A stretch of 64,000 bases of DNA from Octopus sinensis. Lineage: Eukaryota. The stretch spans positions 190,092,001 through 190,156,000 of the forward strand of contig NC_042997.1 of assembly GCF_006345805.1 (NCBI RefSeq), given 5' to 3'. Within the stretch, counting starts at the first letter, position 1; each line of letters opens with the position of its first letter. Of this stretch, positions 52,045-64,000 are shown one piece after another. The notes under the pieces were generated by a model. It saw only the letters and a program-made list of their open reading frames with translations, was not told the origin of the DNA and searched no databases. Both the position numbers and the translations under genes were made by a program.

Positions 52045-54930
52045 CAGCAAATAACAAGCAAAAGAGATTTGAAATATAGTGAAATGCGATCGCAAAATTA
52101 GGAGAGGCATTCAGTAATGATTGCGTTAGTTGCTTGGCCTATCGAACAAAAACTGCAACGTTATCTAAACGGAAAGACGGCTAACATCCAATAAGCAGGT
52201 CTAATTGCTGCTTTATTCAATCGCGACTAATTAATCAACTTTCTGCTAAATAACAATCGTCTTCTTCGACTGTTGTTGTGTGTCGTTGATGTTATCTTCC
52301 GGAAACTAGTGTTCGGTCTCTCTGATGGAAGTGTCGAATAGCTTGCAGAGGAATATCTATTGTAAAGAGAACACAGGGCGAACGAACGAACGAACGAACT
52401 AACAAACGAGCGAGCGAGCGAGAAAGGGAGAGTGAGAGGCACAGAAGAAAGCGAAAGGAGAGAAAGAGAGCAATGAAGAGAAGAGAAGTTTGGGTTGGGG
52501 AAAGAAGGAGAGTGAGAAGACAGTGTACTGGCTGACTGCCTGCTTGTCAGATTGTCTGCCTGACACGTTCTTACAAAATATTCTCTTCCCATGTGATCTC
52601 TTAATGTAGTAAAGCTTACATCAGTTACTTATATATTATATAGTATGTGTGTACGGCTTTTGTTCTCTTGATTTCCCAGTATCTCAACTTCCTTTTACTA
52701 TTTTCTTGTTTGCTCTTCTCTTCTGATGCTTTATTCATCTATTTACTTATTTACTTATATATTTGAAATTCGTTACCTCCTACTATTTTATTTTCTATTC
52801 ATGATTACTATCAACCCTACACTCACACACACACCCATACATATCTACCACCACTTATCTCTTTTTTTCTTCCTTCATTTTTTTTTTTGAAAAAAAATTC
52901 TCATTCACTCCGTCTCTCTGACTCTACTATTTACGAGTTTCTATTCAACTTCACTTTTTGTTTTTAGCATTACATCTTTAATCTCTCTCTCTCATTCTCT
53001 CGTTCTAGTTCTTTTTTTTTTCTTTTCGACAAACGAATTTTCTTAAAACTCTCATACTCCTAAACCCCTCTTATACGATGTATTTTTGTCTTATTCCTAT
53101 CAATTACTTGTGCAGTAAAGCTAGCTCATGTTTAGCTTGCAGCTGTTCATTATCAATCTATGGAGTGGAATGGATTGTACTGTAGAATCCTCTCGGTGTT
53201 TTACGCTAATTCCGTTTAGTAAACGAAAAATGTTCATAGCAAATTCCAGTGCTTCTGCTGAATATCCAAATCTAAACGAATAGATAGCTCCATCTGGTTT
53301 AAATAGTTTTAAATATATTAAACATTTTATTTCTTGAAGCATTTTCTACGTTTTTTTCGTTTTTTTTGTTACAGATTAATTCTGTACAGAATATAAAATG
53401 TTCTTTATATAATTTATGTTCAAAATTCATGGGTTGATTATCTACACGGGGACAAAGGAAAGTTTGAATCAAACCCAAGGATCTTGCTTCAAACTTTAAT
53501 AATGTATCGAATTCGATAAGTCGACTACACCTTCTCAACATTCTTTAACATTTAAATTTTACTGAAGCCAGTATATATTAATACATGTTGAGGTACCTCC
53601 AATGCTTTACGAATATATTTTCTTGGTTAATAAAACGTCGTTTTTTAAGCTCACTTTTTAATTTTATACATTGAGAAAGGAAAGTATATTAAAACGAGGT
53701 ATCAAAGTATTTCGTATTGCATACCTCTATAACAAGATGTTAATCATAAAAAAAAGTCGACTAGCTAAAAAACTAAATCAAAATCATGTGAGTAGATTCT
53801 GAATGAGTCACGTATACAGTCGATAATTTGGGACTTACAAGACACGTTCCGCTATTTAGCTACAAGGCATACAAACAACATTTCTGTTACCATAGTAGAC
53901 ATTTTAAATTCATTTAAAACTTGTGAATCATTATTTCTCTTTGAAAAGACTAATTTGCTTTTAATACTACTATATATCAATAATTATTTTAGTTCTAATA
54001 ATTTCAGAATGCATTTTGTTTTGATGCGACTATGAAAAATATATTCACAAAACATCTACATTTCGGTTTTAAAGCTGACCTAGCTGGACAACGTCATTAT
54101 TGTTAGTACTTTAGCATTAGCAGTTGAGAAGAAAAGAAATAATCTCAATTTCTATTTTGATATTCTTCGCCATTCTATCGTCTATAACAACATTCTAAGA
54201 GATTATTTCATAATTATTCAAGTGTCATTATAGAATTGAAACACTTTCAATGCGACCTGTAAATTAGGATTAGCAGAAAGTAGGAACAAGGAGTTGAAAA
54301 TCTTAGAATTATCATTCAGAACACCATCTCTTACAATGATATGTCAAGTGATTCACATGTTTCCGGTTCCCTAGATCATTTATATAATATGGAAGTTATT
54401 GATATTTCCAGATAACTAACAATATTAGTTAAGTATGCCACTTCAGAGTCAGCTACTAGGAGGTTTTCATCTAACATGCAGACTTCGGGTGTTTTAATTA
54501 CGCATTCATTAAACTGAGACAAGGATTTCTCATTTCTTTCTCTTTTTTTTTCTTTAATATCAAGTGCCTTTCCAATAAAACCAGACACGAATTTAATTTT
54601 ATTATCGATATCACGGCGTGTTAATGAGAAATATATTTGACTTAAGTGTCTCAATATTTTCTACGCAACATTTCAGGTTATGAGAACACAATCGTTTTCT
54701 GATGGAAAAAAATATTGTAAAAATGAATTTTTACATTAATGGCGGTAAAATGATGTCGTAAGTAGGAAAAGCGAAAACTATTTAGTGTGAGTGAGGATTC
54801 AGATGGCTAAGAAGTTATGTCTTTTTTAAATATAAGCTGTAAACATTGTAAATATTCTCTCATTCCCACGCATACGCATGTGCGTACTTGTACATTTTCA
54901 TATACCTAGACCATGCACTTCATATATATA

Positions 54931-54995
<65 letters not shown>

Positions 54996-55072
54996 GTATA
55001 TAAATATGGATATACATACACACATATATATTTACACACACGCATACGTATATACATATATGCATGCAAACG

Positions 55073-55116
<44 letters not shown>

Positions 55117-55177
55117 ATGTAAATTTATAAATATATACACATAAATATATTACTGTAAGTACATATATATGTTTCTA

Positions 55178-55216
<39 letters not shown>

Positions 55217-55319
55217 TCACATGCATGCGCACTCTGATATACGTATATATACACACACAGAGAAAAGTATCTGTGTACGTATATACAAGTATATGTTATG
55301 GTATAAATTTATTTATAAG

Positions 55320-55376
<57 letters not shown>

Positions 55377-55451
55377 GTATGTATGATGTATGTATGTATG
55401 TATGTATGTATGTATGTATGTATGTATATATGTAAATGTATGTATATGTAC

Positions 55452-55663
55452 CTTCTCCATTGGGTTGGTAACTGATGGCCTCTTCCGTACCGTATTATGA
55501 TTGTAGACACATGTGCCACGGAAGTTGTCTGAGAAAGCAGCTTTAATCAAGTCTGACAAGGCCCGTAACTCAAGAATCTTTTCACCGCAACTGCCATGCA
55601 TCTCTTCTCGATCTGCCTCTAACTTTTCTCTCTCAGCCTTGGGCATCCGACCAAACCGCACAG
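55452..55663 (-). CDS. PPAR: PPAR-like nuclear receptor (NR1C), hinge/helix-1 exon (first coding exon visible; DBD exons presumably outside the window)
   Basis: Acceptor ctcattgcag|CT (phase 1), donor AAG|GTACAT (phase 0). Encodes (A)VRFGRMPKAEREKLEAD...ELRALSDLIKAAFSDNF, matching PPAR AIRFGRMPQAEKEKLLAE...DLRALAKHLYDSYIKSF. Confidence 0.9.
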
Positions 55664-55863
55664 CTGCAATGAGACAATGTAACAAAACTATCATATAAAA
55701 TATGTAGCAGGCACAATAGGAATGAGAAATGGAACATAATTTAAATATTTCGATAACAAAAGCAAAAAAGACCAAATATTAACATAATCTCATTTGTAAT
55801 ATATACATGCATATATATGTATGTATGTGTGTATGAATGTATATATATATATATATATATATC

Positions 55864-55929
<66 letters not shown>

Positions 55930-56010
55930 TTACGAAATAACAAAAGACGAAGACAGGTGGTGTACTAAGCAAACAGATGTATTAGTATAACGCTCAGGAT
56001 ACAAAAAAGT

Positions 56011-56046
56011 CTTTTACGTTTCGAGTCTACGCTCTTCTACAGAAAG
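56011..56046 (-). ncRNA. Minimal hammerhead-like motif, variant core CUGUAGAA
   Basis: Minus strand reads CTTT-CTGTAGA-A-GAGCGTAGACTC-GAAA-CG-TA-AAAG, within a Penelope-like terminal fragment (~55930-56115). Stem II has one mismatch. Confidence 0.55.
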
Positions 56047-56142
56047 GGACACAAGCAGAGAAACAATCAGAGAAAAGAGGAGAGAAACAAGCAGAGAAAA
56101 GAGGAGAGAAAAAAAATATATATACATATATAAATGCGCCTT

Positions 56143-56382
56143 TTAAACCTGGCCAGGCTCATGGGCCCGGTTTCCCGGTTTCTATGGCGTATGTTTTCCC
56201 CTGCTGGACGGGACGCCAGTCCATCGCAGCGTTACTCATTTTTGCCAGCTGAGTGGGCTGGAGCAACGTGAAATGAAGTGTTTTACTCAAGAGCACAACG
56301 CGTCGGCCGGTCCAGGAATCGAAACCACAATATTACGATCATGATGCTGGCATCCTAACCACTAAGCCAAGCGCCTCCACAC
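56143..56382 (-). mobile_element. SINE family C (tRNA head); relatives at 38000-38286, 17830-18070, 57295-57590 and 56420-56600
   Basis: Minus strand reads gtggaggcgc..tggcttagtggttagg..ggtttcgattcc, core cacttcatttcacgttgctccag.ccactcagctg, then gcgatggactggcgtcccgtccag. Confidence 0.8.
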
Positions 56383-56890
56383 TCACACACACACACACAT
56401 ACACATATACACACAGTGAAACCGTGTGGCTTTGTTAGGTAGGGTAATCGTGTCACGCAGAATCTTCGTGATAACTACGTTACGGTTACGCGTATCTGTG
56501 CAGGGCTCAGCCACATGCACGTAAATTTCACGAGCAGGGACTCTCATTAATCGGATCAAGTGGAACCCCCGTCGTCCTAACAGGCGGACAGAGTGCCAGT
56601 ATATACACACTCACACAGAAACACATTCAGGTTTCCATTTGTAATAAATTTGGCTAATTAGTACTTTCTTTATTGTTAAAGTTAACATGTTGCGATTATT
56701 AGGCACTTAGCAATACTGTTAATTTCCATATAGAGTGTATATGTGATCGTGTGATGTTATGGAATTGTAAATTGTAAACAATATTTGAAAGAGTTATCAA
56801 ATATTTAAACCTTTTCCTGACATGTGACCACCTTTTGTACGTGCCTGTGCGTATGTATATATGTGTGTGTGTGAGTAGATATATATATAT

Positions 56891-56922
<32 letters not shown>

Positions 56923-57594
56923 ATAACATATTAGGGAATAAATCCAAACTTACAGGGAAAAATCAGATTTAGGATTAAATCCAATTTTATAGTATAAATA
57001 TATTATATCATATTATATTAAATTAGAGATAAAACCACTATTAGGCAATCAAACAATGAAAAACTTAAGCCAATACATAACATTAATTTAATTTATATTA
57101 TTAAATATATATCGAAAGTATTAAAAGTTTAATAAAAGATAAAGAGTAAAAAACCACGATCGTTTCATATATATACATACATAAGTACATTCTTACGTGT
57201 ATATCCTCCCTCTCCCTCTCTCTCTCTCTATATATATATATGCATACAATAAGGAGCGTTTAAATCAAGACATACATAAATGTATATATATATCATGGAC
57301 TCTCTCGTTGTTAGACAATCATCAGGTCCTGGCAATTTCTTGCGGAACAACCACACAAATGATTTGTTTATAGTGATCAAATGTTTGTGTACACATAAGC
57401 TTACTCCCTGCATCACATCGACATTACCTGTACAAGTGCACTGTGTGCCACATATCAGATGACGAAATAGTCGTAGAGCAACGTGAAATGAAGTGCTTTG
57501 CTCAAGAACACAACGGAACACCGGATCTGGGAACGGAACCCTCGGTCTTGCAATCGTGAGTGCAATATACTAGCCACGAAGCTATGCGACTTTG

Positions 57595-58545
57595 CACCAG
57601 GTCACCTGTCTCCCCACATTTCCGCTCCGTCGACCATCGCACTCAATATGTCTCAGTTTTTGCCGTGGTCAGCATCCTCCCCACCACTCTCCACCCATAT
57701 GCTCTCTGCACACCAATACCTTATCCATATGCTTAACCCTTTCTCGCCCTCTCATCACCCACACATTCATATCTTTCGCTCACACACACTTCATCAGTTC
57801 TACCCTCCTGTCCGCTTGACACACTCACCAACAGACACAAATACATACCACCATTCATCTCTATGACACATTCATATATATCCATCAGTACACCAGCACA
57901 CGTTTTCGCCCATCCACACTGTCACACTGGCTCGCATTCGTTTTCACACACATTTACAAACTTTCTTCCTCCCCGCTGGTCCCGCTTTCCCGGCCAGTCT
58001 GTTTTACACCTCTGCAACAGACACTTTAATACGCTAACAGCGATGTATTGTACCAGCATGTTCCAATCTTGTTCGTATTTGTTCCACATTACAGCATTTC
58101 ATACCCATATAACTACATGCATTCTTATCCCCCCGTTTCATCTCCCCATTAACCTCACAGCTGCACCCGTGCCCACCTGCTTACTTCAACGCTTAGAGAT
58201 TATACATACACATGCAAACCATCATCACACAACCTGACCCAAGACATTATATTCCTGTATGTGCATACCTCTACACACATACATACACATTACCCAGCCC
58301 TCCATACATACACAAACAGCACTCCCACTCATGTCTGTCTCAAAACACGGATACAGTCCTATACATAGAACCTCCTTCCTTCTTAACTCTCTATAGAAAC
58401 ACATTCCTATATGTCTCGTAATACCTCTTTCGTTTCAAGCATAGAAAAAATCTTTTACGTTTCGAGCCTACGCTCTTCTACAGAAAGATACACAGAAAAA
58501 AACAACGAGAGAAAAAATGTGTGTAGTAGCTAACGATCTATCATA
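57595..58545 (+). mobile_element. Probable Penelope-like element 3' remnant
   Basis: PVSPHFRSVDH resembles the GIY-YIG C-terminal motif of Penelope ORFs. A C/A-rich UTR follows, ending in an inverted hammerhead-bearing terminus. Confidence 0.4.
58450..58489 (-). ncRNA. Minimal hammerhead-like motif, variant core CUGUAGAA
   Basis: Minus strand reads ATCTTT-CTGTAGA-A-GAGC(GTAG)GCTC-GAAA-CG-TA-AAAGAT: 6-bp stem I, perfect 4-bp stem II, ACGU palindrome in place of stem III. Confidence 0.6.
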
Positions 58546-58641
58546 TATGTATGTGTGTGTGTGTATATATATGTGTACGTATATAGACATATATATACAT
58601 AGAAACATACATATGTATGTATAAGAGTGTGTGTTTTGGAC

Positions 58642-58693
<52 letters not shown>

Positions 58694-58879
58694 GTACGAA
58701 TACATAAGAATAACGCAACTCAATACATAACAATACACATATTTAAATTCGGATGCAAATTTATAAGTGATACGAGGGCCGAAGGTTTCGTGAATTGTAC
58801 TTATGGAGCTCACGAAATTTCCGTGTTCACGCGCGTGCGCGTGTGCGTTCGTATGTGTATTTATGTATCTATGTATATA

Positions 58880-59096
58880 TGAAGGGTGCTGAAAAGTTCC
58901 TGGCTTTAAGGGTGTAGCGAAAGGCCTGGTTGGCGCCCCAAATTTCCCAATTCTTTTACAGGTGTTAGAAAACCTGAGGGACTGCTTCAATAAGTGTGTG
59001 AATATGAGAGGGGAATATATTGAATAAAAACATAATTATCAGGTCCTTCTGCATTTTCTTTTACTCAAAGTCAGGAATATTTCAGCACCCTGTCGT
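58880..59096 (+). mobile_element. Mariner-derived MITE
   Basis: ~28-bp TIRs (agggtgctgaaaagttcctggcttt / aaagtcaggaatatttcagcaccct) with the internal mariner C-terminus NKCVNMRGEYIE*. A lone related TIR lies at 14926-14965. Confidence 0.75.
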
Positions 59097-59153
59097 GTGT
59101 ATGTATGCGTGCTCGATCCATAAAGGACTTCAGACATAGGGCTTTCTTTATTT

Positions 59154-59565
59154 GGATCTTTTCGGTTTGACCGGCAGTTTTTAAAAATAATTTCTACGTA
59201 ACTAAATACGTATACTAGTAGAATATGCTTATAAAACATCTTTTTCTCTTGGCTTTATTGAGAAAATTCTATAGTTTGTAAGATATTTGTTATTTTTTTT
59301 CTTCAACTTCTGCAATTTCAGCCAATCAATGACGTTTATTGAGGTGAAAACATTCTGTGCCGTATGAATATGTCCCTCATTGGGTTTATTTACATTTCTG
59401 AAGAAAAAAAAAGATATCCTTTCCCCCCACCCCTAACCCTAACAAACTCTAACCCTAACCGTAAAAGAGATTGAAATGCAATAGATCGATACTAGGGTCA
59501 TAATTATGGGTGACAATTTCATATGACACCGCTAGAAAAAACTACCGTTCAAACCGAAAAGGTCC
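59154..59565. mobile_element. MITE with ~29-bp GG-starting TIRs, 8-bp TSD and internal (CCCTAA)n
   Basis: ggatcttttcggtttgaccggcagttttt / aaaaactaccgttcaaaccgaaaaggtcc, flanked by ctttattt / cttgattt (7/8 match). Confidence 0.75.
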
Positions 59566-60369
59566 CTTGATTTCTCCAAAATTCACCGAAATTTGAATGA
59601 GGGGTGTCCATAACATTTGACGTGCTTTGCACCAAAATTTTATGAAGAGTTGCGTGTTGCTTGCGCAGAAGCGTTGTGTTATTGAGGTGACAGCAAATAG
59701 GTCGTTAATAAGCACGTAGAAGCGTCAAGGGACACTACTAAACCTTGCATTACACCAGAGTTAATAAATTGTTAATGCCTCATAAAACGCGTTAATGCAC
59801 ATACAGTTGTGAACTCACTTCATCTTTATTAAAAAATATACGTATACATGAATTAACACATGTATAAAGAGGAGGGTATATAAAAGTTAAAAACGTGTGC
59901 ATACTTTGCTCTGTGTTTGTCAAAATGAATTAGTGCAAAGCCAATGTATATATGTAAGTATTTATTGCCCTATCCGTTCGCAATATAAACATTTTATTTG
60001 TTCGTGAGAAAGACGGAGAGTGATGGACAACAAGAGTGAGTGACAGAGAGTGATACAGTGCGTGTACAAAGGGGAAAAAAATGTTCAGATACTTAAATGA
60101 TAAGAAGAAAAAAAAATGAGGAAATCATCAATCATTGAGAAAAAATATTGAAGCAAGAAAATTATTCGGGGAAAGATGTTAGATAGGCATAGAATAGATA
60201 ATGGGGAGGAGGAATAAAAAAAAAAAGCAAGAAGGAGAAAGAAACGGAGGAAGAGAGAAACGGGAATGAGAGAGAAGTATTAGAGATATTAAAAAGAGAT
60301 TGAAGACTGCGAGGATTTTGTATGAGTATGTATGTTACAGGAAAATGTAAGTTAAAATATTGAGGTACT

Positions 60370-60752
60370 TATGTATGTATGTATGTATGATGTACGTATG
60401 TATGTATGTATGTATGGTGTATGTATGTATGTATGGTGTACGTATGTATGTATGTGTGATGTATGTATGTATGTATGATGTACGTATGTATGTATGTATG
60501 GTGTACGTATGTATGTATGTATGATGTATGTATGTATGTATGTATGATGTACGTATGTATGTATGATGCACGTATGTATGTAGGATGTACGTATGTATTT
60601 ATGTATGTATGTATGTACGTACGTACTTACGTATGTATGTACGTACGTACGTACGTATGTATGTATATTGTACGTATGTATTATGTATAATGTATGTATT
60701 ATGTATGTGTATATATGTATGTATTATCTATCTATATATCAATATCTGTCTG

Positions 60753-60821
<69 letters not shown>

Positions 60822-60981
60822 GCTTCTTTTTGGCCTGTATTCGTGTGCGTGCATGTATATATGTATATGTGCATATGTAGATATAAAAATATATACACAT
60901 ATATATATGTGTGTGTGTGTGTGTCTGTGTGTGAGTACACATATTTGTATATATATATATATATTTGTATGTGTGTTTATG

Positions 60982-61032
<51 letters not shown>

Positions 61033-61125
61033 ATATATATTATGTATGTGTATGTATGCATGTATGTATATATGTATGTATGTATGTATCTATGTATGTA
61101 TGTTTATATGTATGTATGTATGCAA
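60370..61125. repeat. Compound (TATG)n/(TACG)/(TATC)n/(TG)n tract
   Basis: Directly visible; source of several spurious ORFs. Confidence 0.9.
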
Positions 61126-61476
61126 GTATATGCGAATCTAAAACGTCAAGTGAATAAGAAATTATGTGAAGAACTTCGTTAACTTACAGCACTCATAGTC
61201 GAATGAAGTGCACTTCACTTTTGAGGCTCCGACGAAACTAACATCATGTTGTACAAGTTTGAAATTATGAGTGCATGCTTATAGTAGAAACAGCTATAAG
61301 CTAATGAAGTTAATGACAACATTTCTTATTCCTTTGTCATTTCAATTTTTTATTACTGCCCTGTATTGATTCGATACTTTGTTCTGGAGGTTATATATAT
61401 ACTGAGTTCTACACCAGAATATTTGTATCGCTATGCCTAAGCGAAATAATACTACTACTAATAGTAATGATGTTTC

Positions 61477-61511
<35 letters not shown>

Positions 61512-61519
61512 CAATAATA

Positions 61520-61579
<60 letters not shown>

Positions 61580-62056
61580 TTAATAATAATTAGAACAAGA
61601 AGAAGAAGAAGGTGAAAAAGAAGAAAAAGAAGATGAAGAAAAAGATGAAGACGAAGAAGAAGAAAAAGAAGAATTCAAATAAAGGAATAAACAAAGCAAG
61701 AAAAAACCAACGCCAGGATGTGCACAAGAAATGTATAAGCTTGACATTCTGTGAAAGGAGAGGGATCCTGACTCGAAGTGTGTCGGAATCGTATCGCGTG
61801 TATTTTCGCACGTATAACGAGGTTGAGTGTCTATTCCGTCGGAAACACAATCTGGTTTGACGAATAAATTTGTTAGCAATGCAATCTGATTGGAAGTACA
61901 GGCCGGTGTGCAGTGTAGCCTATCTAGATTTCTAGATTTCAATGCACCTGAATGTGTATTCAGACTGGAAATATACAGTTTAAAGAAGAAAATCCATCCG
62001 TGGAGTAAAATTATGAAAACAATGGATTAATTTAATTATATTCCACATCATGGAAA

Positions 62057-62288
62057 AGGCGGCGAGCTGGCAGAAACGTTAGCACGCTGGGCGAAATGCG
62101 TAGCCGTATTTCGTCTGCCGTTACGTTCTGAGTTCAAATTCCGCCGAGGTCGACTTCGCCTTTCATCCTTTCGGGGTCGATAAAATAAGTACCAGTTACG
62201 CACTGGGGTCGATGTAATCGACTTAATCCGTTTGTCTGTCGTTGTTTGTCCCTTCTGTGTTTAGCCCCTTGTGGGCAGTAAAGAAATA
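62057..62288 (+). mobile_element. SINE family B monomer
   Basis: Near-consensus copy with 16-bp TSD tatattccacatcatg. Confidence 0.9.
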
Positions 62289-62826
62289 TATATTCCACAT
62301 CATGTAGCTCAATGATTCTTTACAAGTTTGAATGAATAATAATTTTATGTTTCAGTTTGAAAAATTTGACTGTACATATGTATTACTTTCCAATTGTTAT
62401 ATCCCGGAGGATTTATTTCGTATTCTCTGTCTGTTACATCTAAATTATATTTACAGAAATTCAACAAAAACGAAGATTCATTTTGAAGCATTTACTAGGT
62501 AATTTCACGTAACGATATTTATATTCATTCGATAGCAAGGCATACATGTCAAAAAGAAAGAATCACCAAATTTTCTTCAAGTATTATATCTGATATTTCT
62601 TGGGCATTAAAATAGATCTCGATTTTTTTTTTCTATTTAAATGATGGAGCAAACAGAAATGGCTCAAAGTATTAAGCAAGAAGTAACGAAGAATTTCTTT
62701 CATCCACTCATTATTCGCAAATCATGGTATAAAAAAATGAAAGACAAAAGAGGGAAACTGTTATTTTGAATTGGTAACTATGATTTCATACTGTTTGATT
62801 GAACACCATTAGTTTGTAAATCTTTG

Positions 62827-62897
<71 letters not shown>

Positions 62898-62906
62898 TAT
62901 ATACAC

Positions 62907-62958
<52 letters not shown>

Positions 62959-63643
62959 GTGTACATATATACATGTATGTATGTATGCATGTACTCTGTA
63001 CGTATATATATACATACATAAATACATGCATATATATATAGTATATGCTTGTATATATATATATATATATAGATAGATAGGTATAGATATAGATATACAC
63101 AAGCATATACTATATATATGCATGTATTTATGTATGTTTATGAAATTGATAAGTTTTGCATACTTTTCGTTCCATCAATCGTTTAAATTTTATAGAACAG
63201 TTTGTTTTTATACTACATTAAAACGTTGAATACTAAGTAAATGAATTATGACAGATGAAGATTCATGTTGAAAGAGAGAGAGAGAGAGAAAAAAAAGAAA
63301 GAAGAAGAAATGGAAAATTTTAATACACATATATACATGAGCGCGGGAACGAAAGTATAAACGAAAAGTATGTGTGTATATTTATGTAAGAAAAAAAAGA
63401 AGTATAAAGAGAAATTTAGAAAGAACCTACTTAAAAGTTGCGGAAAGAAACCGATGATAGAAAGTACTAATATACAACAGATAAGGAGTTAATGAGGCAG
63501 TACTGAAACCGGTGGTGAGGAACAGGACATATCGAGGTGCAATTATTTGCATATGAATCTTTCTGGGGTGCTTTAATAGTACTTCCGTCAGAAAAAAAGA
63601 AAAAAAATTTACAAAAAATATTGCATATATATATGTATATATG

Positions 63644-63709
<66 letters not shown>

Positions 63710-64000
63710 ATATATATATATTATACCCGATTATATTGCTTTATATATACATATATATATATCATTATATATATGTATGCATATATATGTATGTACATAT
63801 ATATACATATAATATTATGTTATATATATAGTATAATATTATATATATATATCATATTGTACTACATTATGCTATATATATATGTGTGTGTGTGTATGTG
63901 CTATATAATATTGATATATATGTAATATATAGAAGAAATATGGTCAGTCGCCATGATAGATCGTTCTCCACAACACACATCTTTTTCTCTCCTTGTTTCT

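Noticed and set aside
538-63925. Numerous 60-270 aa ORFs rich in YI, CV, HT and MYVC
   Set aside because: They are translations of (TA)n, (TG)n, (CA)n and (TATG)n microsatellites, not genes.
55664-64000. Search for the receptor's C4 zinc-finger exons
   Set aside because: No CxxC...CEGCKGFF or CxxCR motif was found. The donor at ~61187 follows non-DBD sequence.

Overview
AT-rich eukaryotic genomic DNA, saturated with microsatellites ((TA)n, (CA)n, (TATG)n, (TATC)n, (ATT)n) and tRNA-derived SINEs. The repeat landscape points to an octopus/coleoid cephalopod (inference). Nearly all ORFs in the supplied track are microsatellite or SINE artefacts. The one well-supported host gene is the 3' half of a minus-strand PPAR-like (NR1C) nuclear receptor: four phase-compatible exons (55663-55452, 44652/44649-44437, 38531-38333, 34855-34602) encoding the hinge and ligand-binding domain. 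No DNA-binding exons were found, so they presumably lie beyond the right edge. Its pocket lacks the polar residues vertebrate PPARs use to bind fatty acids. The most unexpected signal is a set of type I/minimal hammerhead ribozyme motifs in Penelope-like or retrozyme-like units: a ~496-nt circularly permuted unit at 27.1-27.7 kb, a long-stem-II motif at 28.0-28.1 kb, and two variant-core (CUGUAGAA) minimal motifs sense within one PPAR intron. The rest is a mix of CR1, Tx1/L1, R4/Dong and RTE LINE fragments, a 399-bp Gypsy derivative with TSD and a duplicated PBS, Tc1/mariner remnants, MITEs and foldback elements. All alignments and folds were done by eye; no database search was run.
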